Assembly: GCA_046483305.1 (NCBI GenBank)
Contig: JAWODM010000004.1
Span: 32,001 to 96,000, forward strand
DNA: 64,000 nucleotides
From: Candidatus Krumholzibacteriales bacterium
GTDB taxonomy: Bacteria > Krumholzibacteriota > Krumholzibacteriia > Krumholzibacteriales > WJIX01
Direction: 5' to 3'
The notes below the pieces were generated by a model. It saw nothing but the letters and a program-made list of their open reading frames with translations, did not search any database and was not told the origin of the DNA. Within the stretch, counting starts at the first letter, position 1. Each line of letters opens with the position of its first letter. The position numbers and the translations under genes were made by a program. Shown piece by piece: positions 49,436 through 59,043 of the stretch.

Positions 49436-50591
49436 CTATGATGCTATTATCATAGGGGCGGGCAGTGTGGGACTTCCGGCCGCTTATTTCCTGAGCCGCG
49501 AGGACCTCAGTGTGCTGGTTATCGATAAGGAGCATTCTCAGGGCCAGGGACAGAACAAATCCGCAATAGGGGGAGTAAGAGCCACTCATTCCGATCCGGC
49601 AAAAATCTCCATCTGCCTCCAGAGCCTGGAGCTGTTCTCGAACTGGGAAAAAGAGCATGGCAGAGACATCGGATGGAAGGGAGGAGGTTACTGCTACCCG
49701 GTTTACCGTGAAGAAGATGAGCTGACTCTCCGCGGGCTGCTTCCCGTTCAGAAGGAATACAAACTGAATATAGACTGGATTTCAGCTGATGAGATCAAGG
49801 AACTGGTTCCCGGCATCAATCCGGAGGGATTAAGGGGCGGTACCTACGCTCCCGGCGACGGGCAGGTAAGTCCCCTTCAGGCCGCTGCATCTTTCTGGGA
49901 CGAGAGCCGGAAACTGGGCGCTGAGTTTATCTTCGATTGCAGGGTTAACGGCCTGATTATGGAAGGCGGCAGGATACAGGGGGTGGAGACGGAAAAAGGG
50001 AATTACTATTCAGGCGTAGTGGTGAACGCCGCGGGGGCGAGAGCAAGAGAGATCGGGATGATGGCCGGTATAGATATACCCGTGTTCCCGGACAGCCATG
50101 AAGCTGGTATAACCTCCGCTGTTCAGCCTTTCCTGGAACCCCTCATCGTGGATATCAGGCCCGGGCCTTACAATAAAACCTCAAACTTTTATTTCGGGCA
50201 GAATGATCGGGGACAGATTATATTCTGCTATACTCCCCTTGATCCTTTCAAGGGAGAGAACAGGTCCTCGACTTCAGAATTCATGCCGATTCTTTCCAGG
50301 AGGCTGATAGACCTTATTCCCAGGCTGAAAAACATCCTGGTCAGGAGGGTATGGCGCGGCCTGTACCCGATGACCCCGGACGGTATTATTATCCTGGATG
50401 AAGTGAGAGAGGTGGAAGGATTCTACCTGGCTGTCGGTATGTGCGGGCAGGGTTTCATGCTGGGTCCGGGCGTGGGTATGAATATGGCCAGCCTTATAAC
50501 CAGGGGTGAGCCTGCCATCGACAGGGACGTATTCAAGTCGCTGAGCCTGTATCGTGATTTCCGGTCCAGCCGGGCGGAGTCACTTAAATAA
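49422..50591 (+). CDS. FAD-dependent amine/amino-acid oxidoreductase (sarcosine oxidase / proline dehydrogenase beta-like)
   Basis: IIGAGSVG, VVNAAG, WRGLYPMTPDG, GMCGQGFMLGPG; GTG start overlapping the alpha gene. Confidence 0.88.
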   Translation: MVGNNYDAIIIGAGSVGLPAAYFLSREDLSVLVIDKEHSQGQGQNKSAIGGVRATHSDPAKISICLQSLELFSNWEKEHGRDIGWKGGGYCYPVYREEDELTLRGLLPVQKEYKLNIDWISADEIKELVPGINPEGLRGGTYAPGDGQVSPLQAAASFWDESRKLGAEFIFDCRVNGLIMEGGRIQGVETEKGNYYSGVVVNAAGARAREIGMMAGIDIPVFPDSHEAGITSAVQPFLEPLIVDIRPGPYNKTSNFYFGQNDRGQIIFCYTPLDPFKGENRSSTSEFMPILSRRLIDLIPRLKNILVRRVWRGLYPMTPDGIIILDEVREVEGFYLAVGMCGQGFMLGPGVGMNMASLITRGEPAIDRDVFKSLSLYRDFRSSRAESLK

Positions 50592-50754
50592 TCAGACAAC
50601 AGGCCGGCGGAAATTATGCTGCCGGTTATCGCCAATCATAATTATATTCCTTCAGCAAAAAGAGATACGGCATTTTTATATTGATTATTCCCGGAATTTA
50701 TCTCAATATTGTCACCGGAAGGGGAACCAGAGATATAAACCGGGAAGTTGATGT

Positions 50755-53481
50755 ATGCCATATGTGCCGCTGCATGTCCATTCGGTGAACAGTACCTACA
50801 GGGGTATGATGACGCCGGAAGAACTGGCTGAGGGCGCCAGGAGAAAAGGGTTTGATGCCGTAGCCCTGACTGATTGCTGGAGCACTTACGGGCATTACGG
50901 TTTCTACCGTGCGGCAGTTGAGGCAGGAATGAAGCCGATTCTGGGAGTTGAGGCAAGGCACAGTTCTTTCAGGGGCAGGGAAAGGTTCAGCCACCTGACT
51001 CTGCTGGCCGAGAATGAGGCGGGTTACCGCAATATAGTGGCGGTGGTTCAGTCTCATTATAACAAGAGGAATGACCGTTTTGTGACCCCGGAAGAACTGA
51101 AGGAATTCAGCGAAGGGGTAATAGCACTGACAGGTTCGATTGAAGGGGAGATAAGCCAGTCGATTCTGGGCGGCAGCCTGACCAGAATGAAGAAGATCCT
51201 GGCTGACCTTGCAGGGATTTACGGTCCGGATAACCTGTTTATTGAATTAATGAATCATAATACCGAGAAGGAATGGTTTGTCTGCGATAAGCTGATTGAA
51301 TTAAGCAGCCGGAGCGGGATTCCTGCCGTGGTCACCAATAACGACCGGTTTGTATCAAGAGACACAGCGGATGATTACCTGGTTCTTGACAGAATCAGGC
51401 GCAAGCATGAGGGAGGTAAAGACAGGGGAGGGGGAACCGAATACTATCTGAAGGTTCGAAAGGAACTGGAGCCTTATTTTACCGTATCTGAAGACGCGCT
51501 GAATACCACAGGGTTTATCGCCGGCCGGTGCAGCCTGGAGTTACCGGAAGACTTCCGTCTGGAGTTCACCGCAACGGCGGATCCCCGCATGGAGCTGGAA
51601 AGAAGATGCAGAAAGTATTTTGATATTCGCCGCGGAACGATGGCTCCGGCGATAAGAGAAAAGGTTAAGAATTCGATGGAGTCGGAGCTTCAGCTTGCCG
51701 AAGAGGGAAATGTAAGCTCTTTCCTGTTATTTCTCTCAGATCTCTTTGATATCTGCCGCCGAAAATCGATCCGCCTGGAAGTATTAGGCGATGAACTTCA
51801 GCAAAGCGTAATTTCTTACCTGCTGGGCATTACCAATGTGGAGCCCACTTCGCACGGGCTTGTTTTCGAATGCTTCTGTTCGGACAGCGAATATTTCGCG
51901 CCTCACCTTGAATTGATAACCGACGCTCAGGAGAGGGAATCGATTTTCAGGATAGTCTGTTCAATTATTCCGCGCTGCCGGATCTTCTTCAGGGTGGCAA
52001 GAACTGATATGTCCTTCAAGAGGATAGTTGAGGAGCTATGCTCAGTTGTAGACGTGGACAAGCGTCTTCATGAACGGATAATCTCATTTGCCGCAAGAGA
52101 GGGCAGAGATATGGACATATCTTCCATGTTCAGAGATTCAACGGAGTTCAGAAAGATGTACGGTATGGACCGGGCGGTTAAAAGGGTTTTTCACCTGGCA
52201 GATTCTTTCCGGGGCAGAATAAGGCATTTTAACCTCGATTCTTCCAGGGCGGTAGTGCTGCCTGAAGGCGCTCAGAGGATGATTGCCGTTCTTCCCAATC
52301 CCGAAGGAGAGAAGTTTCTGCAGTGCGAGGATCAGACTCTGGAACTGCTGAATGCCTGGCCTTTCGTTCTGCACCATTCCAGAGTTCTGGCTGTAATCGC
52401 AGAGGCCTCGAGAACCGCGGGTATCCGGGGCGCCGGCCGGGAATTGGCGGAGAAATCCATACCTCTGAATGACCGCAGTACATACAGCCTGATAGCGGGC
52501 GGTGATACGGAGGGTGTGTATCTTCTGGAGAGCGCAGGGGTAAGGAAGATGATTTCCAGAATCAAGCCGGATAGTTTCGACAGGTTTGTGGACACGGTTT
52601 CCCTGTACAGGCCCGGTCCGCTCAGAGGAGAATTATGGAAGAAATATGTGGGGGAGGAGCCTACTTCGGCCCCTCAGAATAAAGCGGTCAGGGAGGTGCT
52701 TCGGAAGACCAGGGGGGTGTTGTTGTATAGGGAGCAGGCAAGGAAGATAATCGAAGAAGTCGCCGGCCTGGAGGGAGAAGAAGTTTTCAGGATGGAGATG
52801 GCTCTGAGGAACGCGGACCCAGCCGGATTGAGAAACGGAAGGTTGAATTTCATTAGAAATTGCATGGAGAGAGGCATAGAAGAAGAACAGGGAAACAGAA
52901 TTTTCGATTTTCTGAGGGATAAGATACAGTATACTTATGCCAGGTCACTTGCCTGTTCCAGAGCTTATCTGAGCTATATCAGCGCTTATCTTAAAGCGCA
53001 CTATTTCACCCACTATTTCGCCGCCCTGTTCAATGTCTACTCCGATCAGGCCGGGAAGATCAGGACTTACCGGAATTATTTCCGGAGGAAGGGGGGAAAG
53101 ATTCTGCCTGCGGATATCAACCGGAGCTTTGCGTACTTTTCTGTGGAGGGAGAGGACATCAGGGCTCCTCTGGAAAAGCATGAAGATGAAGATACCGCCG
53201 GGAGGATTGTAGAAGAACGCGAAAATAATGGAGATTTCGAATCTCTGGCCGGTTTTTCCAATCGCCTCCCCGAGATATCTGAAGAGAATTTGTTGAGAAT
53301 GGTTGAGAACGGGGTTTTCGATCCCTTTGGCGACAGAAAAACCATCGAGACAGAACTTCTGGAATTATTTGAGAAAAGGAAGATCACCAAACTGGAAGGC
53401 GCCGGGATGGAGAAGGACGACAGCGGAAAGGTTAAGTCAAAACAGCTCTCTATATTTGATGATGAAGCTGAAAATGATTGA
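50755..53481 (+). CDS. dnaE: DNA polymerase III alpha (DnaE) paralogue, apparently catalytically inactive and C-terminally short
   Basis: PHP domain (LHVHS, ALTD, KPILGVE, HLTLLAENEAGYRN), YLLGIT, YRPGP, GVLLYREQ, YLKAHY, ILPADINRS; catalytic Asp motifs replaced; ends in QLSIF. Confidence 0.85.
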   Translation: MPYVPLHVHSVNSTYRGMMTPEELAEGARRKGFDAVALTDCWSTYGHYGFYRAAVEAGMKPILGVEARHSSFRGRERFSHLTLLAENEAGYRNIVAVVQSHYNKRNDRFVTPEELKEFSEGVIALTGSIEGEISQSILGGSLTRMKKILADLAGIYGPDNLFIELMNHNTEKEWFVCDKLIELSSRSGIPAVVTNNDRFVSRDTADDYLVLDRIRRKHEGGKDRGGGTEYYLKVRKELEPYFTVSEDALNTTGFIAGRCSLELPEDFRLEFTATADPRMELERRCRKYFDIRRGTMAPAIREKVKNSMESELQLAEEGNVSSFLLFLSDLFDICRRKSIRLEVLGDELQQSVISYLLGITNVEPTSHGLVFECFCSDSEYFAPHLELITDAQERESIFRIVCSIIPRCRIFFRVARTDMSFKRIVEELCSVVDVDKRLHERIISFAAREGRDMDISSMFRDSTEFRKMYGMDRAVKRVFHLADSFRGRIRHFNLDSSRAVVLPEGAQRMIAVLPNPEGEKFLQCEDQTLELLNAWPFVLHHSRVLAVIAEASRTAGIRGAGRELAEKSIPLNDRSTYSLIAGGDTEGVYLLESAGVRKMISRIKPDSFDRFVDTVSLYRPGPLRGELWKKYVGEEPTSAPQNKAVREVLRKTRGVLLYREQARKIIEEVAGLEGEEVFRMEMALRNADPAGLRNGRLNFIRNCMERGIEEEQGNRIFDFLRDKIQYTYARSLACSRAYLSYISAYLKAHYFTHYFAALFNVYSDQAGKIRTYRNYFRRKGGKILPADINRSFAYFSVEGEDIRAPLEKHEDEDTAGRIVEERENNGDFESLAGFSNRLPEISEENLLRMVENGVFDPFGDRKTIETELLELFEKRKITKLEGAGMEKDDSGKVKSKQLSIFDDEAEND

Positions 53482-53499
53482 AATAGTTCTCATTTACTG

Positions 53500-53528
53500 T
53501 TGACATTGCACCATAGCATTGATATTTT
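53500..53528 (+). promoter_or_regulatory. Putative sigma70 promoter of tRNA-Glu
   Basis: TTGACA-17 nt-TATTTT with an upstream TG (extended -10). Confidence 0.5.
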
Positions 53529-53560
53529 CCTTCAGTCCGTAAATTAATATGTTTTCGGGT

Positions 53561-53638
53561 GTCCCCATCGTCTAGCCAGGACTAGGACACCGCCCTTTCA
53601 CGGCGGCAACACGGGTTCGAATCCCGTTGGGGGCGCCA
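53561..53638 (+). tRNA. tRNA-Glu (TTC)
   Basis: GTCCCCA/TGGGGGC acceptor stem, CCGCC-CT-TTC-AC-GGCGG anticodon arm, GGTTCGAATCC, encoded CCA. Confidence 0.97.
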
Positions 53639-53801
53639 TTTTTATTTCCTCCCGCGGGGCCTGTAAAATCAGGCATCAAAATAGGCGCCGGCTGTTTCCT
53701 GATTGAACGGGAGACAAAGTTTATTAAATGATATACAATACCAGGGAGTGTAATTGATCAGAGGCCGCCCGTTGAAACGTTAAACTGGTAAGGGGGGAAA
53801 G

Positions 53802-54296
53802 ATGAAGTTAATATCCGCGGCAATCATATCACTGCTGTTTTTGACAGTTTCCGGCGCCGCAACGGCCGGCCCGCGGGATGGCACCGGAGTGGGAATAATT
53901 CTCGGTGAACCTACCGGGCTCAGCGTCAAGAAATGGACCGGGGCAACACAGGCGGTCGATTTTGGCGTTGCCTGGTCTTTTTCAGAAAACAACTCCTTTC
54001 ATTTTCACGCCGATTATCTCATTCACAGCTTTGACATCCTTAAAACCGATGATCCCGGGGTGAAGATCCCTGTTTACTTCGGACTGGGAGGCAGGTTCAA
54101 ACTGAGTGAGGGGGGTGATGAGAAAGGGAGGAATGATGAGGATTCACTGATCGGGATAAGGATCCCGTTCGGAGTTTCCTACCTGTTCAGGGATGCACCG
54201 CTGGACATTTTCATGGAGATAGTGCCGGTCCTGGATATAGCCCCGGATACGGAGTTCGATCTCAATGGCGCTATAGGGGCGAGGTTTTATTTCTGA
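53802..54296 (+). CDS. Small outer-membrane beta-barrel protein
   Basis: Signal peptide; GVGIILGEPTGLSVK; alternating strands; ends GARFYF. Confidence 0.75.
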   Translation: MKLISAAIISLLFLTVSGAATAGPRDGTGVGIILGEPTGLSVKKWTGATQAVDFGVAWSFSENNSFHFHADYLIHSFDILKTDDPGVKIPVYFGLGGRFKLSEGGDEKGRNDEDSLIGIRIPFGVSYLFRDAPLDIFMEIVPVLDIAPDTEFDLNGAIGARFYF

Positions 54297-54362
54297 ACCT
54301 TTCCGGGTTGAGTATGGAAACGGTGGCGGGATTGTGATGATTTACATTTACGGGGAGTAAGT

Positions 54363-55310
54363 TTGAACGGAAAGATTTCCAGGTTAATCCTTCACATTCT
54401 CTTCTTTGCCGGCCTGGCGTTCCTTTTTGTGGGAGGTCCCGGGAACAATGCATCCAGATCTTTCCTGGATCTATGGAATCTGGGCCATCCCCTTCTGTTT
54501 ATTCTCTTCGTATTTATTCTTTACAGCGATTGGAAAGATTTCGGGGAAAAGAGCCGGCTGAAGCAGTGGATGGTGGCCATGTTTCTGGGAGCGGCCCTGG
54601 GCCTGGCCACGGAGGTGGTACAGTCGATGGTGGGAAGACAGTTCGACCATCTGGATATTATAAGGGACCTGGCCGGATGCGCAACCGGGCTTCTGATTCT
54701 TTCAGGTTCGGATAGGAAAATGCTGAAAACTGAAAAACTCGCCAGAGCGTCTGGTATATCCATAATCACTATCGCGCTGATGGTACCCCTGTTTTTCTCG
54801 CTTTCCGACGAACTTATTGCCAGGAAACAGTTTCCGCTTCTTTCAGGATTCGAGACTCCCCTGGAGGTCGACCGGTGGAGAGCGGACGGGCCGATATCGA
54901 TATCGGATAATGTTTTCAGAGGAGGGAAGGCTTCATTGATGGCCGGATTCACCACCGCAAGGTACTCACGGGTAACCATGAGATATTCGCTGGGAGAGTG
55001 GGAAGGGTACGATTACCTGGGATTTTCCATTTACAACCCGGACAGTTCCGGTTTGAAACTGATCTGCCGGATTCATGACCGGGAACATGAGAAGCGGGGC
55101 AATGAATACACGGACAGGTTTCACCGTACCCTGATGCTGGAGAACGGCTGGAATGACTTGTCTATTCCGGTCGAAGATATCAGGACGGCTCCCTCTGAGA
55201 GAGAAATGAATTTGAATGAGTTAGTACAAATTACCTTTTTCAGCGTCTCGCTCCCGGGACCGAGGACAGTATACATAGATAATGTTATGCTGCATAGAAC
55301 AAGACAGTAA
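54363..55310 (+). CDS. VanZ-like membrane protein with C-terminal carbohydrate-binding-like domain
   Basis: TM region with NLGH, TEVVQSMVGR, DIIRDLAG; soluble C-domain (WEGYDYLGFSIYNP, GWNDLSIP, VYIDNV). Confidence 0.7.
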   Translation: MNGKISRLILHILFFAGLAFLFVGGPGNNASRSFLDLWNLGHPLLFILFVFILYSDWKDFGEKSRLKQWMVAMFLGAALGLATEVVQSMVGRQFDHLDIIRDLAGCATGLLILSGSDRKMLKTEKLARASGISIITIALMVPLFFSLSDELIARKQFPLLSGFETPLEVDRWRADGPISISDNVFRGGKASLMAGFTTARYSRVTMRYSLGEWEGYDYLGFSIYNPDSSGLKLICRIHDREHEKRGNEYTDRFHRTLMLENGWNDLSIPVEDIRTAPSEREMNLNELVQITFFSVSLPGPRTVYIDNVMLHRTRQ

Positions 55311-55448
55311 GAGGAGATTTGCCGAAAACGGTTGGGGGGGATATTACGGAAGAAGCTTAAAGAGCTAAAGCTGATCTGCAGCCAGAATTGTTATTTACGG
55401 GAAGAGCAGCCGGCCGAACTTGAGTTGAGCGGTTCCTGAACCGCGGGA

Positions 55449-56249
55449 TTACCGATTGTAATATTTCATCGCCTCGGGCATCAGGCTTTGTATATTATTG
55501 ATTCGAGTCTCGCCGGCCGGGTGAGTGCTCAGAAATTCCGGAGGAGCCGGCCCCTCTTTCTTTTCCAGCATTCGCTGCCAGAAATCCAGGGAAGCCCTGG
55601 GATTGTAACCGGCCATCGCCATGAAGATCAGTCCCAGGTGATCGGCTTCATTTTCATGAGTTCTGCTGTAAGGCAGCAGCACTCCTATCTGTGTTCCCAC
55701 GCCATATACCGCCATCCATAGCTGCCTGGTCTCATCAGGCGCATTTTCCAGAGCTTCCGAGAGGGCCATCCCGCCCATCTGAGTTATCAGTACATAGCTC
55801 AGCCTCTCGTCGCCGTGCTTCGCTACCGCATGAGCGATTTCGTGTCCCATCACAACCGCCAGTCCCCGTTCATCCATGGTTACCGGCAGGATTCCGGTGT
55901 ATATAACGACTTTGCCGCCGGGCATGGCCCAGGCATTTACTTCCTCGCTCTCAATAAGGTTAAACTCCCAGCTGTAATTTTTCAGTTGATCTTTCATCCC
56001 CTGCTCGGAGAAGTAATTCTCCACACCATTCTGGATCCTTCTTCCCACTCTTTTTACCATTTCCGTCATTTCCCTGTCGTCGCTGAGCTTATGTTCTTTC
56101 ATGAACTGACTGTATTGCTGATAACTCGTCGACATCATCTGATTGTCCGGAATTATATCCAGCTGCCTCCGCCCCGTTATGGGAACAATGGAGCAGCAGC
56201 AGAGAGCGATCTGAATGAACACTAAACCGGGAAGAACGTATCTTTTCAT
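55449..56249 (-). CDS. M48-family zinc metallopeptidase, probable lipoprotein
   Basis: NAWAMPGGK, GHEIAH, ENEADHLG, EFLSTHP; lipobox-like ALCCC; ATG at 56249 after AGGTGG. Confidence 0.92.
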   Translation of the reverse strand: MKRYVLPGLVFIQIALCCCSIVPITGRRQLDIIPDNQMMSTSYQQYSQFMKEHKLSDDREMTEMVKRVGRRIQNGVENYFSEQGMKDQLKNYSWEFNLIESEEVNAWAMPGGKVVIYTGILPVTMDERGLAVVMGHEIAHAVAKHGDERLSYVLITQMGGMALSEALENAPDETRQLWMAVYGVGTQIGVLLPYSRTHENEADHLGLIFMAMAGYNPRASLDFWQRMLEKKEGPAPPEFLSTHPAGETRINNIQSLMPEAMKYYNR

Positions 56250-56499
56250 TTTGAACCACCTCTTATGATACCTGAAACGTTGGAATTTAATATCCCCTGG
56301 ACTCAAATCAATCTCAGCCGACAGAGTGCGGCGGGTCATCACTGATCATGGCCTTAAAATCCGCCTGTCCGGCATTATTCCCTGTAACCCCGCCTGGGAT
56401 TCATTATAATCCAGCCGCCATTCTCTTTCAATATTAAATGGTTTTTGGAGTTTCCCCAATTTTTATAACCTATAAGGTAGTCGATGATTTGTAATAGTA

Positions 56500-56649
56500 T
56501 GTGGATGATTGATATTTTCAAAATCGTGGTCGATTTCCCCGGCGAGGAAATCGCCACTCCCGCCTCGGGCTCACTCTTTCTGCCCCTTCGGGTCAGAAAT
56601 CCTTGCCCGCTCGCCCTCCGGAGGGTTTTGAAAATATCAATCATCCACA
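56500..56649. repeat. 150-bp element with perfect 24-bp terminal inverted repeats (MITE-like element or structured RNA)
   Basis: TGTGGATGATTGATATTTTCAAAA (56500-56523) and its exact reverse complement (56626-56649) enclose several hairpins. Confidence 0.8.
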
Positions 56650-56905
56650 CTCACCAGCAATGAAAACCCTATTCCAGTTACCAATCCTAATAACTTATTG
56701 TATCTCTCAATGTTAGTAGAATACTTGCCGGATTTTTGGGGGAACTCCAGTAAATGGTTTCCCGGCCCGGTAGAGAGATCATTATCAGGAGCGATCGTCC
56801 CGGGCGGATAAATCGTCGAATAATAAGGGAAAAGGCTGGAAAATATTCTGGAAATGAAGACTGTAATATGGCAGTATATATTAAATTTAAAATCTGGAGG
56901 TAAGT

Positions 56906-58999
56906 ATGCATTTGAGAAAACTGACAGCCGCGGTGGTTCTGACAGCCGCTGTGGCGGCGTTCTCGACGACCTCCCCCCTCTGCGGGGAACATGAGAAGCC
57001 GGAGTGGATAAAGGAAACAGTGATGGAACTGCAAAATAAGCTGGTAGAAAAGTACGGAGAAGGACAGAGAGAGAGAATCAGCCGCGGACTCAAGCAGGTG
57101 GCGGCTCTGTGGAAGGCCGAAGATGGCGATGAAACGGTTTTTGAGAAATTTGTCCTGAAGAATTACGCGGGGGACAGGAGAGAGCATGACGAGATGTTCA
57201 AGCGTTTCGAATATATCTTTGAGCAGATAGACGGGCATATGCACGAGATAGGTATAGCTCTCAGAAGGCAGGCCGATCTCGATATAGGGCCGCTTTATCA
57301 TTTTGACCGGGTTCTTTCCGGTTACAGTCCCGGGTCGCATGTCCGGGAGGATTTCTTCAGGAATAAGATAGCGTTTACTGTTCTTTTGAATTTCCCCCTT
57401 ACCACACTGGAGGAAAGGATCGAACAGGGGCCTGAGTGGTCCAGGAGGAAGTGGGCTGAAGTCCGGCTTGCCCAGCGATACGATACCAGAGTTCCCGCCG
57501 AGGTCAGCGCGGAGGTGTCTGAGGCGATGGCCGCATCTGACAATTATATAGCCGGTTACAATATCTGGATGCATCATCTGGTCAACAGTGAGGGGGAGCG
57601 GCTGTTCCCGCCCGGAATGAGGCTGCTGAGTCACTGGAATCTCAGGGACGAGATAAAGGCTGATTACCAGGATAGCAGGATGGGGCTGGCCAAGCAGAAG
57701 ATGATACAGAAGGTAATGGAGAGAATAGTGGACCAGACCATCCCCGCGGTGGTTATCGACAACCCTCACGTGGACTGGAATCCTTACACTAACCAGGTGA
57801 CCGAAGCGGATGTCAGCGATTCGGACAAACCGGCTCCTTCCGGCATGGAAGTGACCGCTGCACGCGAACCTGATACCAGGTATAGAATACTGCTGGATAT
57901 TTTCAGGGCGATTAAGGGGATAGATCCCTATTCACCGTCCGAGCCTACTCATATAGACCGGATGTTCAATGTGGCCCGTGAAATCCCGGAGAAGGAAGCG
58001 GAGAGAATGCTTCTGGATGTTCTGGAATCACCATATGTGGATCAGGTCGCGGATTTGATCAGGGATAGGCTGGGAAGGGAGCTTCAGCCTTTCGATATCT
58101 GGTACAACGGATTCAGATCGCAGGGCGATATCAACGAGGCGGAACTGGATAGAATGGTAAGCAGGAAGTATCCGGATGCCGAATCGTTTGACAGGGATAT
58201 ACCGAATATTCTTCGGAAGCTGGGATTTTCCCCGGATAAAGCGGATTACCTTGGCGCCAGCATTGTAGTTGAACCGGCCCGGGGCTCGGGCCACGCTTCC
58301 GGCGCTCAGATGAAAACAGCGCCGGCCAGGCTCAGAACCAGGGTTGGGGAGAACGGGATGGATTACAAGGGGTTTAATATCGCGGTCCATGAACTGGGAC
58401 ATAATGTCGAGCAGGTGTTTACCCTGAAGGATGTCGATTACACCCTGATGGAAGGAGTTCCCAATACCGCTTTTACAGAGGCGTTTGCCTTCGTGTTTCA
58501 GGGAAACGATCTGATGCTTCTGGGGATGGAAGAGAAGCAGAGCGGGAAGGAGAAAGCGTATAAGGCACTTGACAGTTTCTGGGGTGCCAGAGAGATCGCG
58601 GCGGTATCGCTCGTCGACATGAAGATCTGGCATTGGATGTATGAACACCCGGATGCTTCGCCCGCGGAGCTGCGAGAAGCGGTACTTAAGATTGCCGGAG
58701 AAGTATGGAACCAGCATTTTGCGGAGGTTTTCGGCAAGAAGGATGTTTATATCCTGGCGATCTATTCTCATATAATACACTCGGCTCTTTACACCCCGGA
58801 CTATCCCATTGGCGAGATGATAGCTGTTCAGGTAAGAGACAGAATGGAAAAGGCCGGAAGCATAGGGCCTGAGTTCGAGCGGATGGCGGTGATAGGCCGG
58901 GTTACACCGGATATGTGGATGAAGAACGCCACCGGCAGTTCCGTGGGGGCCGAAGCGCTCCTGGAGGAAACAGGAAAGGCACTGGAAATTATAGATTAG
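56906..58999 (+). CDS. Exported protein with gluzincin-like zinc-binding motif (putative metallopeptidase)
   Basis: Signal peptide; VHELGH followed by NTAFTEAFA; later YSH...Y. Confidence 0.7.
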   Translation: MHLRKLTAAVVLTAAVAAFSTTSPLCGEHEKPEWIKETVMELQNKLVEKYGEGQRERISRGLKQVAALWKAEDGDETVFEKFVLKNYAGDRREHDEMFKRFEYIFEQIDGHMHEIGIALRRQADLDIGPLYHFDRVLSGYSPGSHVREDFFRNKIAFTVLLNFPLTTLEERIEQGPEWSRRKWAEVRLAQRYDTRVPAEVSAEVSEAMAASDNYIAGYNIWMHHLVNSEGERLFPPGMRLLSHWNLRDEIKADYQDSRMGLAKQKMIQKVMERIVDQTIPAVVIDNPHVDWNPYTNQVTEADVSDSDKPAPSGMEVTAAREPDTRYRILLDIFRAIKGIDPYSPSEPTHIDRMFNVAREIPEKEAERMLLDVLESPYVDQVADLIRDRLGRELQPFDIWYNGFRSQGDINEAELDRMVSRKYPDAESFDRDIPNILRKLGFSPDKADYLGASIVVEPARGSGHASGAQMKTAPARLRTRVGENGMDYKGFNIAVHELGHNVEQVFTLKDVDYTLMEGVPNTAFTEAFAFVFQGNDLMLLGMEEKQSGKEKAYKALDSFWGAREIAAVSLVDMKIWHWMYEHPDASPAELREAVLKIAGEVWNQHFAEVFGKKDVYILAIYSHIIHSALYTPDYPIGEMIAVQVRDRMEKAGSIGPEFERMAVIGRVTPDMWMKNATGSSVGAEALLEETGKALEIID

Positions 59000-59043
59000 C
59001 AGTTCAGCGAAGAGTATTAACTTAAGGCAGGTTGGTGAACCCT

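Noticed and set aside
50755..53481. ImuABC mutasome DnaE2, or a split/intein-containing DnaE
   Set aside because: No imuA/imuB nearby, DnaE2 retains the catalytic aspartates, and no intein motifs were seen.
56375..56650. 91-aa minus-strand ORF across the inverted-repeat element
   Set aside because: No RBS or protein-like features; better explained by the repeat element.
44874..56900. Genomic island or prophage anchored at tRNA-Phe or tRNA-Glu
   Set aside because: No integrase or phage genes, and I noticed no duplicated tRNA 3' end.
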